A stretch of DNA of 55,837 bases from positions 1-55,837 of the forward strand of contig JAISNU010000042.1 in assembly GCA_031276075.1 (NCBI GenBank), given 5' to 3'. The translations under genes and the position numbers were made by a program. Shown in pieces: positions 9,387-19,931 of this stretch (position 1 is its first letter; the number at the start of each line of letters is the position of its first letter). A model generated the notes under the pieces. It had not been told where the DNA came from, searched no databases, and saw only the letters and a program-made list of their open reading frames with translations. Source of the stretch: Campylobacteraceae bacterium. Its GTDB lineage: Bacteria > Campylobacterota > Campylobacteria > Campylobacterales > Campylobacteraceae.

Positions 9387-9430
9387 CCGCACAAATATTT
9401 CAGCAGCTTTGTGCGGATTTTATCTTTTTA
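9387..9430 (+). terminator. Rho-independent terminator-like hairpin plus T-tract in an intergenic region
   Basis: CCGCACAAA (9387-9395), 12-nt loop, TTTGTGCGG (9408-9416), then ATTTTATCTTTTTA. It lies 180 nt after the bEBP stop. Confidence 0.55.
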
Positions 9431-9638
9431 TTTGTCCTCATAATGCTATTATAAACTTTATGATTGCAGCAAGGTTAAGAAACGGCAATAGTTCTTTAAG
9501 CTCATAATTTTATTATAAACCGTATGACTATCTATATTCATCGTGTTGTATGCGTTTTTGTTTGGGATCATAATGCCATTGCAAACTTTGCGATTACAAA
9601 GAAGTTAAAAAACAGTAATGACTTTTGCAAACCTTTTT

Positions 9639-9834
9639 GTCATTGCAAGGAGTGTGAAGCACGACTAAGCAATCCAGATACATGAAGCGTCATAAAAAAT
9701 ATTACAATGTAAAAACATGAAATAAATTAAATTTGGAGTTGATAATTTATACCTTTTGGGTATTTATATTTTTTGTATTGTTTCATTGAGTTTTTTGTTT
9801 TTCTTGGATTGCCGCACTTCGCTCGCAATGACGG
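9639..9834. mobile_element. MITE/BIME-like composite, core family 3 (core in inverted orientation)
   Basis: The roughly 125-bp core between arms 9639-9677 and 9805-9834 is the reverse complement of the cores at 20551-20753, 25260-25441, 30628-30812 and 48911-49117. Confidence 0.55.
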
Positions 9835-10082
9835 AAAGGCATGTTTTTTTATCTATTATTTTGTTGTTTCATTCCCTGCAAATGACACATGCACTTTGCT
9901 TGTTGCAAAAAATAGCAACTTTTTCCGTCATTGCGAGCTGACGAAGTCAGCGAAGCAATCCAGAAAAATATCTGTAAAAATAATAGTTTTTTAGTGCCAT
10001 ACATAGGCAAACAAAAAACAAAAACCTACTTCCAATACACATTATTTTCTATCACTCCCACGCGTTCAGCAATCCACTTTTT

Positions 10083-10220
10083 CCGTCATTGCGAGGCACG
10101 AAGTGCCGCGGCAATCCATACTTTAATAATAACAAAAAAGCGTCATTTTAAAAAAAATAGATAATTCTTTTTTATTTATAATTATGGATTGCTTCGCCGC
10201 AAACGGCTCGCAATGACGAA
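10083..10220. mobile_element. MITE/BIME-like composite, core family 1
   Basis: Forward arm (GGCAC-GAA-GTGCC variant), then core CTTTAATAATAACAAAAAAGCGTCATTTTAAAAAAAATAGATAATTC..., then reverse arm. Confidence 0.55.
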
Positions 10221-10612
10221 GGAGGAGCGTTTTTTTATTGCTTTGCCGTTTCATTTATTGCAATATTGGATTGCTTTGTCATATTGCGTATTCCTCGCAA
10301 TGACATAGAGGATAGCTGCATGATATAATATGGCAAATTGCTTCGTCGTGCTTTGCAAGCTTCGCACTTCTCGCAATGACAGAAGGGCGCATTTTCTTGA
10401 TTGCCGCGCAACACTTTTAATAGTGGAGGCAGTGAAGAAAGTAAAAATTCCGCGCATGCTACATATTACTATGCAACGCTTCCAACAACGGTAGGTGTTT
10501 TTTGGATTATTTTATTGTTTGATTTTTTTTGCTATTTTGGATTTTTACATTAAAATATACTTTTTAAAAAATTGCTTTCTATTTATAAATATGGCGGCAA
10601 TTTTTTCGTCTG

Positions 10613-11341
10613 TTATTTTTTTAATCTTCCGTATCCATTGCAGCCTTGCGGCAGTTTTAGTTTGCATGCCTTATCATAATATTCAAGCGCTTTTTTTGTA
10701 TTGCTTTTGACGCCTTTTCCTATCTCATGCATCAAGCCTAAACTCACGCAGCTTTCGGCGCTGTTTTGCGTGCAGAGTTTTTCAAAAATATCTATCGCTT
10801 TTGTCAAATCCTGTTTCGTGCCGTCTCCTTCGGCATACATGTAAGCCGTAGAATAGCAGCTGTTGATACTGCCGCCGTTGCAAGCTCTTGTGTAGAGTTC
10901 AAGCGCTTTAAAATAGTCCTGTTTTACGCCTACGCCCTGTTGGTACATATAAGCTAAAGAGTCGCAGCTGTCGGCATATTCATAATCGCATGATTTTTTA
11001 TAAAGTGCGGCGGCTTTTGCATAATCTTGCTCTACGCCCTTTCCTGTATCGTACATTACTCCAAGATTATGGCAGCCGTTTTCATTGCCGCTATTACATG
11101 ATTTTTCGAAAAATTCCAAAGCTTTTTTATAATCTTGCTCCACTCCCTCTCCCTCATTATACAAATAGCCAAGCACCGCGCATCCATCGCTGTTTCCGCT
11201 CTCACATGCGGTGCGGCTGAGTTCCGCAGTTTTATTCAAATCACCCTTTGCATAAGCCTCTTTGGCGTCGGCTATGGTATCTGCTTTGAGCATGAGCGTT
11301 AAAAATATGAATACGGCTGTAATTTTAAAAAAACTTTGCAT
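10613..11341 (-). CDS. Secreted Sel1-repeat, cysteine-rich protein (Helicobacter Hcp-like)
   Basis: Signal peptide MQSFFKITAVFIFLTLMLKA. Six tandem units of about 36 aa carrying the C-x-LG-x-MY-x-G-x-GV-x-QD-x-KA motif with paired Cys. Confidence 0.85.
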   Translation of the reverse strand: MQSFFKITAVFIFLTLMLKADTIADAKEAYAKGDLNKTAELSRTACESGNSDGCAVLGYLYNEGEGVEQDYKKALEFFEKSCNSGNENGCHNLGVMYDTGKGVEQDYAKAAALYKKSCDYEYADSCDSLAYMYQQGVGVKQDYFKALELYTRACNGGSINSCYSTAYMYAEGDGTKQDLTKAIDIFEKLCTQNSAESCVSLGLMHEIGKGVKSNTKKALEYYDKACKLKLPQGCNGYGRLKK

Positions 11342-11400
11342 TTTATCCCTTTGTTATGTGGTTTTTTTAGAAAATTTTATTATTATACTATTAAATAACT

Positions 11401-13050
11401 TTAAAAAACTTCACCCAATATCTTTTTTATTTTCTCTTTTGTTAAATTTTCCTCTTCCAAAAGCGTAGATATCAGCAAATCCAAAGGCTTTTTCATTCCT
11501 TCCAAAAACAGTTCCGTTTCTTTCAAAGCGTTTGAGAGGATATTTTCCATATCCTGCGCGGCAGGAAGCATTCTTTCGCCCATAGCGTACTTTTCTACCA
11601 TTTCATTTGCCATTTGTCTGGCTTTGGCTAAATCTTCGCTTGAATTTGAATATGTTTCATTAAAATAAATTTTTGAGGCGGCAATGCCGGCAAGAGCGAC
11701 TTTTATTTTTGTAATAATTTCGCTTTTAGACTCAATCTCTCTGTCCAACTCTTTTGCAAAATTACCCACAAGCGAAATTTTGTCAAAATCTATATCAAAC
11801 CAATAAGCGCACAAAGCTTTTGCGGCTTGATACACCGCTTGTATGTTTTTCTCTTTTTCGGAGTAGCTTGCAAGCCTTTTTTTGCCAAGCAAAACCTTAT
11901 CGCGCACAGCCAGAAAATCCTCCGTCTCAACTCTTTTGCCCCCACGCCTTAGCGCATTTATCGCGGCTTCATTGACCAAAGCGGAAAGCGCTGCGCCGCT
12001 GAAACCAACGCTCATTTTGGCAATTTCATTTATTTGGACATTATGATTTTTGTCGGCAAGATATGCAGTTATTATCTTTTCTCTATCATGTAAATCGGGC
12101 AAAGAGACAAAAATCCGCCTGTCAAATCTGCCTGACCTTAAAAGCGCTTCATCTATCATTTCAAGGCGGTTTGTAGCGGCTATAACGATAACGCCGGAGT
12201 TATCTTCAAAGCCGTCCATTTCTGCCAAAAGCTGGTTTAAAGTCGCTTCTCTCTCGTCGTTTCTAAATCCGCCTCTTGCTTTTCCAGCCGCATCAATTTC
12301 ATCTATAAATACAATTGACGGAGCGTTTTTTTTCGCCGTGGAGAATAATTCCCGCACCCTTTTTGCCCCCATGCCGACATATATCTGTACAAAACTTGCG
12401 CCGCTTTGGTAAAAAAACGGCACATTTGCTTCGCCTGCGACCGCTTTGGCTATCATTGTTTTTCCAACACCCGGAGGTCCGACCAATAAAACGCCGCGCG
12501 GAAGTTTGACGCCCATATTTTGATAAATAGACGGATTTTTTAGAAAATCTACTATTTCGCCAAGTTCCTCTTTGACGCTTTGAATACCTGCCACATCGGA
12601 GAATTTTAACTTTGAGACAGAAGGTACGATGATATTTGCCGTTTCATTTTCAAGCGCATTGTTTTTTGAAGGAATAAAAGGCTGAGATAGTGAAATTAAT
12701 TTGTTTTTTATATAATAAACAAAGCAAAAAACTGCTGCTGCCAACAATAAAAACAGTATTGCAAATTTGCCGATACCGCTTTCTTTATCCACGCTAATCG
12801 GCACAGAAGACATAAGTTCAGATATATTTACGCCGTCTTTGGCAACAGAGAAAACGCCTTTGTTGGTATAGAGTATAATTTCGCCGTTTGATATTTTCGC
12901 ATTTTTTATATGTTTGTGCGTCAAAAGATTGTTATAAAAGTGCAAATCTACCGCCTTTGGAGATTTAACGAACATGTATACCGTTAATGCCGCTAAAATA
13001 GTAAAAAGTACAATGACCGTTTGTAATTTGGTCGGTTTAAAAAATTGCAT
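11401..13050 (-). CDS. Membrane-anchored FtsH-like AAA+ ATPase lacking the HEXXH protease site
   Basis: Two TM segments. GPPGVGKT (Walker A), IVFIDEIDA (Walker B), SRH TNRLEMIDEALLRSGRFDRR. At the position of HEAGH the sequence reads AVYQAAKAL. Confidence 0.85.
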   Translation of the reverse strand: MQFFKPTKLQTVIVLFTILAALTVYMFVKSPKAVDLHFYNNLLTHKHIKNAKISNGEIILYTNKGVFSVAKDGVNISELMSSVPISVDKESGIGKFAILFLLLAAAVFCFVYYIKNKLISLSQPFIPSKNNALENETANIIVPSVSKLKFSDVAGIQSVKEELGEIVDFLKNPSIYQNMGVKLPRGVLLVGPPGVGKTMIAKAVAGEANVPFFYQSGASFVQIYVGMGAKRVRELFSTAKKNAPSIVFIDEIDAAGKARGGFRNDEREATLNQLLAEMDGFEDNSGVIVIAATNRLEMIDEALLRSGRFDRRIFVSLPDLHDREKIITAYLADKNHNVQINEIAKMSVGFSGAALSALVNEAAINALRRGGKRVETEDFLAVRDKVLLGKKRLASYSEKEKNIQAVYQAAKALCAYWFDIDFDKISLVGNFAKELDREIESKSEIITKIKVALAGIAASKIYFNETYSNSSEDLAKARQMANEMVEKYAMGERMLPAAQDMENILSNALKETELFLEGMKKPLDLLISTLLEEENLTKEKIKKILGEVF

Positions 13051-14302
13051 AATTTCCCTCTTTTTTTGGTTCGTATTTATTCACGCTAATCCACTTTCCG
13101 TTCAAATTTTGCGCCGTTTTAATAAAAATTCTATTATAAAACTGGTCAAATCCCGTAAAAAATCCCTCTTTTTGTTCTTCTATCAAGATTTTCAAAAGAG
13201 CTTTTTTTTGTCTGAAAAGAAAATTATTTTGCGCGGTTACCGCCTGAAGCTCTTTTAACCTTTTTTTCGCGCTCTTGCCGTCAACGCTTTGTTTCATTGA
13301 AGCTGAATGCGTGCCGTCTCTTTTTGAATAACAAAATGCATGCAGATGCGTTAATGGGAATTTTTTAAAATTCTCAAGCGCATTCTGCCAAATCTCTTCG
13401 CTTTCTCCCGGATGCCCCGTAATAAAATCAGTTCCAAGCGCAAATCCCAAAGACGAAAGTTCTAAAAAAAGTTCCAAATCTTTTTTGACGCTGTTTCTGC
13501 GCCTCATGATTTTCAGCATTTGCTCGTTTGTGTGTTGAAGCGCGATATGCAAATGCTTTTCAAGCCAGCTTTCTTTAAGTATCTCTTTAAAACTTTCATC
13601 AATCTGCACAGGTTCAATGCTGCCCATACGGACCCTTTTTACTCCATTTACGGCGCCTATTTTTTGAAGCAAATTTCCAAGCGTAACGCCGTTTTCCTTG
13701 CCGTAACTGCCGATATTTGTACCGGTTAGAACAAATTCGCCAAAACCGTTTTGCGCGAGTATTTTTACCTGTTCTATAATTTTATTTTCATTTTGGCTTC
13801 TTGCTTTGCCTCTTGCATGCGGAATGATGCAGTAACTGCAAGCGAAATCGCACCCTTCTTGTATTTTGATAAAGGCTTTGCTTTTGTTATGGTAGTTGGA
13901 TACGATATTTTTATCAAGATGCGTTAAAACGCCAATGTTTTTAAACGGCTCATGAGAGGAAAGCGCTGCGTTGATATTGCACTTTTCGGAATGCCCCAAA
14001 ACGCCGAATACCTTTTTTTGATTATACAGTTCGCTGCCGCGCGTCGGCGCTCCGCATCCTACAAAAATGATTTTTTTGCCTTCTCTGTTTTGTTTGGATA
14101 TATAATTTCGCACGCCGCTGTCTGCGCCGTTTGTTACCGTACATGAGTTTACTACGATAATATCGGCATACAGTTCATTGTCTGTTACTTCAAAATCTTT
14201 TAATGCCTCTATCATCATTTGCGTATCGTAAATGTTTGTTCTGCACCCAAATGTTTTAAAAAAAACTTTTGACTTCAAAGATTCACTCACCAATTTCTCC
14301 AT
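13037..14302 (-). CDS. Radical-SAM methylthiotransferase, MiaB/MtaB family
   Basis: N-terminal FKTFGCRTNIYDTQ (UPF0004 Cys). Radical-SAM CDFACSYC. 421 aa. It overlaps the downstream FtsH-like start by 14 nt. Confidence 0.8.
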   Translation of the reverse strand: MEKLVSESLKSKVFFKTFGCRTNIYDTQMMIEALKDFEVTDNELYADIIVVNSCTVTNGADSGVRNYISKQNREGKKIIFVGCGAPTRGSELYNQKKVFGVLGHSEKCNINAALSSHEPFKNIGVLTHLDKNIVSNYHNKSKAFIKIQEGCDFACSYCIIPHARGKARSQNENKIIEQVKILAQNGFGEFVLTGTNIGSYGKENGVTLGNLLQKIGAVNGVKRVRMGSIEPVQIDESFKEILKESWLEKHLHIALQHTNEQMLKIMRRRNSVKKDLELFLELSSLGFALGTDFITGHPGESEEIWQNALENFKKFPLTHLHAFCYSKRDGTHSASMKQSVDGKSAKKRLKELQAVTAQNNFLFRQKKALLKILIEEQKEGFFTGFDQFYNRIFIKTAQNLNGKWISVNKYEPKKEGNYAIF

Positions 14303-15848
14303 GTTTAACTTTCGGAGCCTGCTTCAAGTTCAGCGTCTGTGTAGGATACGCTATCATAATGTCGTCTTCTTTATTTACGGCGTCTATTATTTCACCGCTC
14401 AAAGTGCTTCTAAGCGCAAGCGCAGCGTAAGAGTTCGTCATATACCATACATGTATCGTAAGCCCATGCGGCTCTATAAATGAAAATATTTTCGGTTCTA
14501 CATTTGTATTTTTCAGATTGTATTTTTGTCTGAGTTGATTTAACTGCTTTCGCGCTATTTCCGTGTAGCCTTTTGAATATTTTTTTGTAATTTCCTTGAT
14601 GAGGTACATCGCTTTTTTATAATTGGAATCAAACGAAATAGTGATGTATATACCGTCCCATACAGTTTTTAGCGTTTCATGAGTGTAGTTTGAAATAAGC
14701 GTTGTAAAGATAAAATTGTTCGGTATAAACACCACTCGCCCCGCGCGCTTGTTTTCAAGATAAGTCGTAAGCGTTACATCTTCCAAAATAGTCATTCTCA
14801 TCAGCGATATATCAACTATATCGCCTACATACGAAAGTCCGTTTTGACAGACTTTTATTCTGTCTCCAACGCTGAAACTGCGCCCGAATGTTATAACGCT
14901 CCAGCCTAATATATTCATAAACATGTCTTTCATGGCAATGGCGATACCGGCTGACGCAAAACCCAAAACCGCAACAAGGTAAGTCATATTTTCAATATAT
15001 GCAAAAAGCAAAATCAGAATGATAATCGTAATGCTCGTGATATTTATCACTTTATTAACGATATAGCTTCGTTCGTTTGCCGACATGAAGCGCTTTGAGA
15101 AGAGTTTCAGCAAAAACGATATAAGTATGATGGAGACAATGATAGTCAAAATGAATAGCGAATGTTTAGTTTCGTCCTCTATTGCGTTTGTTGCGCGGGT
15201 AACGGCTTCGTTTACTTTTCGCTCATAAATGGAAGCCGATGTCAAAACTATATCATAAGCAGAGTTAAATTCTCTGATTAAAGCTCGGTTGTTCTCCTGC
15301 AAAACAGCATATGATTCGCTGCTGTCAAGCTCAACAAGCGCGTCCAGTATCGCGTCTTTTTCCCGTAAATTGCCTATCAAAGCGTCCAAATCGCGCGAAA
15401 GTTTATTGTACCCTTCCAAATCCTGTTTAATCTTTTTTATATATGAAAATCCTGAAAATATGGCAAAAGGATTGCTGATAGAAGGCAGAGGCGGGACATC
15501 GGGAGATTTTAAAAGTCCTGAAAACGGAGCGTTTTGAAATTCGCTTAACTGCTCTATCTGGCTCTCCAAAGTGTCGCGCTTTCTTTGCAAATCATCAAGT
15601 TTTGCCAAAGAACTTTTATTGGTTGTGTTTTTAATTTTTTTTATCTCTTGAAGCACTGTTTCAAATTCGGACTGTTTTATTTTGTAAATATTATAATTTT
15701 CATGCCTTGTAAACCATATATTATTTTTATTGGCGCTGTCAATCAATTCAATTTTTAGCTTATAGTCGCTAATCATTTGCGCCGTCTCATTTGCGTTTGC
15801 GCCAATCGCGCCTGCCAAAAAAATCAAAATTAAAAATATCTTTTTCAT
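14283..15848 (-). CDS. Mechanosensitive ion channel family protein (MscS-like) with long periplasmic coiled-coil N-domain
   Basis: Signal peptide and TM cluster around residues 225-300. MscS beta-domain motif VGDRIKV...GDIVDISLMRMTIL...VFIPNN. Confidence 0.8.
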   Translation of the reverse strand: MKKIFLILIFLAGAIGANANETAQMISDYKLKIELIDSANKNNIWFTRHENYNIYKIKQSEFETVLQEIKKIKNTTNKSSLAKLDDLQRKRDTLESQIEQLSEFQNAPFSGLLKSPDVPPLPSISNPFAIFSGFSYIKKIKQDLEGYNKLSRDLDALIGNLREKDAILDALVELDSSESYAVLQENNRALIREFNSAYDIVLTSASIYERKVNEAVTRATNAIEDETKHSLFILTIIVSIILISFLLKLFSKRFMSANERSYIVNKVINITSITIIILILLFAYIENMTYLVAVLGFASAGIAIAMKDMFMNILGWSVITFGRSFSVGDRIKVCQNGLSYVGDIVDISLMRMTILEDVTLTTYLENKRAGRVVFIPNNFIFTTLISNYTHETLKTVWDGIYITISFDSNYKKAMYLIKEITKKYSKGYTEIARKQLNQLRQKYNLKNTNVEPKIFSFIEPHGLTIHVWYMTNSYAALALRSTLSGEIIDAVNKEDDIMIAYPTQTLNLKQAPKVKHGEIGE

Positions 15849-16891
15849 CGTTTAAAAATCTTTAAAATTTTTTTTACAATATCCTCGCTTATGTCGTCTC
15901 TCATGGTAAAATTTCCTATACCGTGCGGTAAAATGAATGTTATTTTTGAGTTAGCGCTCTTTTTGTCAAGCAAAAACGCTTCATAAAAACTATCAATATT
16001 TATTATTTTATATCTTGTCGGAAGCGAAAATTTTTGCAGTATTTTTTCTATTTTAAACGCTTCATCTCTTTGTAAAAGCCCTAAATTTACGGCAAGTTCA
16101 TTTGCCATTACTATTCCGATAGCCACCGCTTCGCCGTGCAAAAATTTATGATAATGCGTCTTTTGCTCTATTGCATGCGCGAATGTATGTCCGTAATTTA
16201 AAACCGCTCTGATACCGCTCTCCTTTTCGTCCTGCGCTACGATATCGGCTTTTATTTTTATACTTTTGGCTATTGCCTCTTTCAGGTTTGCTTCATTGTT
16301 TAAATCGCTTTTTTCAAGCCACCCGTAAAACTCTTTGTTAAACATTACCGCCATTTTGACTATTTCGGCAATGCCTGCGTTAAATTCTCTTTTTGGCAGC
16401 GTTTTTAAAAATTCGCTTTCACAGTAAACGGCTTTGGGCTGGTAAAATGCGCCTATTAGATTTTTACCAAAAACGGTATTTACGCCCGTTTTTCCGCCGA
16501 CGCTTGCATCTACCTGCGCTAAAAGTGTAGTAGGAATCTGTATAAAATCTATGCCTCTTTGGTAAATAGCCGCCGCAAAACCCGTCATATCGCCGACAAC
16601 GCCGCCGCCTAAAGCTATAAGCGTGGATTTTCTATCAAGCTTAAATTTGAAAAGCTTGTTTAAAATATACTCTATTGTTTGCATATTTTTATGTTTTTCG
16701 CCGTCTTTTATCACAACTTCGTAAAGTTCTTTAGCTTTTATCTTTTTTTTAAACGCTTTAAGATGAAGCGGCGCGACAGTCTCATTTGTGATAACGGCGG
16801 CTTTGCCCGCAAGCGTAATCTCTTTAAGTTCGTCTATAAATATATCATAACCGTAACTTTTGGATGCGGCAAATTTTATGGATATTTTCAT
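15845..16891 (-). CDS. aroB: 3-dehydroquinate synthase
   Basis: GGGVVGDMTGFAAAIYQRGI, VDASVGGKTGVN, LNYGHTFAHAIE, HGEAVAIG. Confidence 0.9.
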   Translation of the reverse strand: MKISIKFAASKSYGYDIFIDELKEITLAGKAAVITNETVAPLHLKAFKKKIKAKELYEVVIKDGEKHKNMQTIEYILNKLFKFKLDRKSTLIALGGGVVGDMTGFAAAIYQRGIDFIQIPTTLLAQVDASVGGKTGVNTVFGKNLIGAFYQPKAVYCESEFLKTLPKREFNAGIAEIVKMAVMFNKEFYGWLEKSDLNNEANLKEAIAKSIKIKADIVAQDEKESGIRAVLNYGHTFAHAIEQKTHYHKFLHGEAVAIGIVMANELAVNLGLLQRDEAFKIEKILQKFSLPTRYKIINIDSFYEAFLLDKKSANSKITFILPHGIGNFTMRDDISEDIVKKILKIFKR

Positions 16892-16931
16892 GCGGTTCCT
16901 AAATTTTGTATCTTGTGATTATACTTCAAAT

Positions 16932-18335
16932 TTACTCCAATATCGGCAAAAAGAGTTGATATTTATCATTTAACAGAAAATAGATGCGGTTTAAGTCTTC
17001 GGAAAATATAGACGCTATTTTTGATTTTGTGAAGGATTCGTAAAACGGCACAAACTGCAATATGTCATTCTCTTTTTTAAGATTAAATATGGGATTTTTA
17101 TCATGACTTTTTATAATCTCTATCTGTTTTTCATAAAGTTTTGCGATGTTTTCAAAATGTTCGGTTAATTCTTGATTTTCAATTTCAGGGTCAAAATCAT
17201 AAAATTGCACTTTCAAATTAAGCTGCGCTGATAAATCAAATATAACTGAAGAGTGTTTTTCTATATCATCTGTATTTCCGCTGAAAACTATGCCGTTTTT
17301 CAGATTTTCAAATGCTGCGCCTCCGATTTTAAATATTGGCGTTTGAGCGTTGAAAAGTATTTTTATATTTGTTTTGAAAAAAAGTTTATCTACTATGCAA
17401 AGCCCGATATTCAGGTGGTTTACATCATTTATATAAATACTTTCGGGCGAAAAGCTATAATAATCCGCACTAACATCTATATCATCTGAAGCAAGATTTT
17501 TCATGTGATTGAACATAAAAGAGTAAGTCGGATTTATGATTTTGACATATAATTTTTTAGAATTTAATTTTTCATGAAGATTTAAGGCATTTGCAAGCAG
17601 TGCCTCCATTCTTTCGTTACTCATGTTTTTCATATCTATAAGGCAGTAGATATTTGAGCCGAACGGCTGCGGAAATTGCCCAAGCTCTTTTTTGATGCTT
17701 TTATACACATCTTGCAATACATCGGGCGCGCCGACAATAAGAAGGTTGTCGTTTGGCTGTATCATAAGATTTGGTTTTGGTAAAAAAAGCGTACTGTTTC
17801 TGTAAAGTGCGGCGATATGCCACTTTTTTTGCTCAATATTTCCTAAATGTCTATAAACATACGAACTTCCTACGGGTACTTGTATATCCATGACTTCGCC
17901 CAAAGCAAGTCCTATATTTTGCGCAAATATCGGCGTATTCGGTACAAAATCAGCAAGGCGGAAAGCCACTATTTTGCGTGAATTGATGAGTTTAAGATAT
18001 TTATCTTCAAACGCAAGATCCCATTTATCCACAAGGTAAATCGGTACTTTTTTGTCGAACTGTCTTATCGTTTTATAAGAGCCTTCCGCATCTATTTTTT
18101 TGCTGACGGCAATGATAACCTGATAGTAGTCTTTATTCATGACGCCTGTCATTTTTTCCATACTTGTCGGGTCAAACGAGTGAATTTTGAAGCTTTCGGG
18201 GAATGTTATATCTTTAATCGTTTTCTTTTTATAGCAGACTACGGTATATTCATTGTTGTCGCTGGAAACGCTGACAACTCTTTCTAAAAAATATTTTGCT
18301 AAAATACCGTCCGCTATGATTAAAACTTTTTTCAT
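16932..18335 (-). CDS. Conserved hypothetical protein (possible N-terminal Rossmann/TrkA-N-like fold)
   Basis: 467-aa ORF in the position between aroB and tgt that is occupied by a conserved hypothetical in C. jejuni and H. pylori (from memory). Starts MKKVLIIADGILAKYFLERV. Function unknown. Confidence 0.6.
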   Translation of the reverse strand: MKKVLIIADGILAKYFLERVVSVSSDNNEYTVVCYKKKTIKDITFPESFKIHSFDPTSMEKMTGVMNKDYYQVIIAVSKKIDAEGSYKTIRQFDKKVPIYLVDKWDLAFEDKYLKLINSRKIVAFRLADFVPNTPIFAQNIGLALGEVMDIQVPVGSSYVYRHLGNIEQKKWHIAALYRNSTLFLPKPNLMIQPNDNLLIVGAPDVLQDVYKSIKKELGQFPQPFGSNIYCLIDMKNMSNERMEALLANALNLHEKLNSKKLYVKIINPTYSFMFNHMKNLASDDIDVSADYYSFSPESIYINDVNHLNIGLCIVDKLFFKTNIKILFNAQTPIFKIGGAAFENLKNGIVFSGNTDDIEKHSSVIFDLSAQLNLKVQFYDFDPEIENQELTEHFENIAKLYEKQIEIIKSHDKNPIFNLKKENDILQFVPFYESFTKSKIASIFSEDLNRIYFLLNDKYQLFLPILE

Positions 18336-18373
18336 GCACTCTCCAAAAAAATTAAGAGGATATTATAACTAAA

Positions 18374-19498
18374 ATGGAATTTCACATAGATAAAACCGAT
18401 GCAAACGCGCGCGCATGCACGATAAAAACGGCTCACAGCATAATACAAACTCCGGTGTTTATGCCGGTTGGCACTGTTGGCAGCGTCAAGAGTCTCGACG
18501 CGTGCGATATGGCGGAGATTTTAAAAGCTAATATAATTTTGGGCAATACTTATCATCTTTATCTGCGCCCGAACGATAAAGTGATAAAAAATCTCGGCGG
18601 ACTTCACGGCTTTACGAAATATAACGGCAGTTTTTTGACGGACAGCGGCGGATTTCAGGCGTTTAGTTTGAGCGATATTTCAAAAGCCGATGAAAACGGC
18701 GTGAAATTTAAAAGCCATATTGACGGCTCCATGCACTATTTTACGCCCTCCAAAGTGCTTGACATAGAGTATAACTTAAATTCCGATATTATGATGGTGC
18801 TTGACGACCTTGTGGAACTTCCATCATCAAAAGAGCGGATAAATCTATCCGTAAATAGAACGATAAAATGGGCAAAAGAGTCTATAGAATATCACATGAA
18901 TGCAAAAGAAAATGCGCGCGCGGCAGGACAAAATATCTTTGCGATTATTCAAGGCGGTGTTGATAAAGAGTTTAGAAAAAAGTGCGCCCTTGAACTCTGC
19001 CAAATGCCTTTTGACGGTTTTGCGATAGGAGGGCTTAGCGTTGGCGAAGAAAATGCTTTGATGTATGATACGGTGGAGTTTACGACTGCTTTTATGCCGC
19101 AAAATAAACCAAGATATTTGATGGGAGTCGGTACGCCTGAGGATTTGGTGGAAAATGTAGAACGCGGCGTTGATATGTTTGACTGCGTTATGCCAACAAG
19201 AAATGCCAGAAACGGTACACTTTTTACTGCTTTTGGCAGGATAAATATCAAGGGAGCAGGTTTTATCAACGACAATGAACCAATAGATAAAGAGTGCGAT
19301 TGCTATACATGCAGACGATATTCAAGAGCTTATCTAAATCATCTTTATCGCGCAAAAGAGCTTACATTTTTCCGTTTGGCAAGTCTGCACAATCTTCACT
19401 ATTATTTAACTTTGGCAAGGCAGATGAGAAGCGCGATTTTGGCGGGCGAATTTGCAAAATTTAAAGCGGAGTTTTACGCTAAAAGAACACATGAATAA
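18374..19498 (+). CDS. tgt: Queuine tRNA-ribosyltransferase
   Basis: [38 protein letters not shown], and the zinc site CDCYTC...H. Confidence 0.95.
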   Translation: MEFHIDKTDANARACTIKTAHSIIQTPVFMPVGTVGSVKSLDACDMAEILKANIILGNTYHLYLRPNDKVIKNLGGLHGFTKYNGSFLTDSGGFQAFSLSDISKADENGVKFKSHIDGSMHYFTPSKVLDIEYNLNSDIMMVLDDLVELPSSKERINLSVNRTIKWAKESIEYHMNAKENARAAGQNIFAIIQGGVDKEFRKKCALELCQMPFDGFAIGGLSVGEENALMYDTVEFTTAFMPQNKPRYLMGVGTPEDLVENVERGVDMFDCVMPTRNARNGTLFTAFGRINIKGAGFINDNEPIDKECDCYTCRRYSRAYLNHLYRAKELTFFRLASLHNLHYYLTLARQMRSAILAGEFAKFKAEFYAKRTHE

Positions 19499-19931
19499 TC
19501 CTGCCTTTTTGCCCCAAAAGCAAAGCTGCTTTTGAAATACCCAAATCTTGCGTATGTGTTTGAATATTTGTGTATGGAGATGACAAAGCGGGATACATGT
19601 AAATAACGAAAGTAAGAATTGTATGGAATTTGGCGTGAGTGTCAAACCGCAAAAATATGCGGCCAAAACAGCCTCATAATGCCGTATTTATCGCTATTGT
19701 ATAAAATTTTCTAAAATAACATAATTATCGCTTTTGACACATACGAACGAAAATAAAAGTCGTGCGAAATTTGGCGCAGGAATGACAAAAAATAGTAATG
19801 ACGGAAAGAGTATATGCGTTTTTGCTTGTCATTTTATGTTTCTTTTCGCCATTTTTGCGGTTGAATTAAGAGCGAAGCGCATTCCTGAAACACTTCCTAT
19901 GCAAAAAGTTCGCATAAAAAACCATACTGTT

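Larger units (their letters stand above)
9639..10427. repeat. Hairpin-repeat island B (about 10 arms)
   Basis: Forward arms at 9639-9677, 9925-9963 and 10083-10119. Reverse arms at 9805-9834, about 9862, 10185-10220, 10267-10306, 10335-10383 and 10396-10427. Confidence 0.9.
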
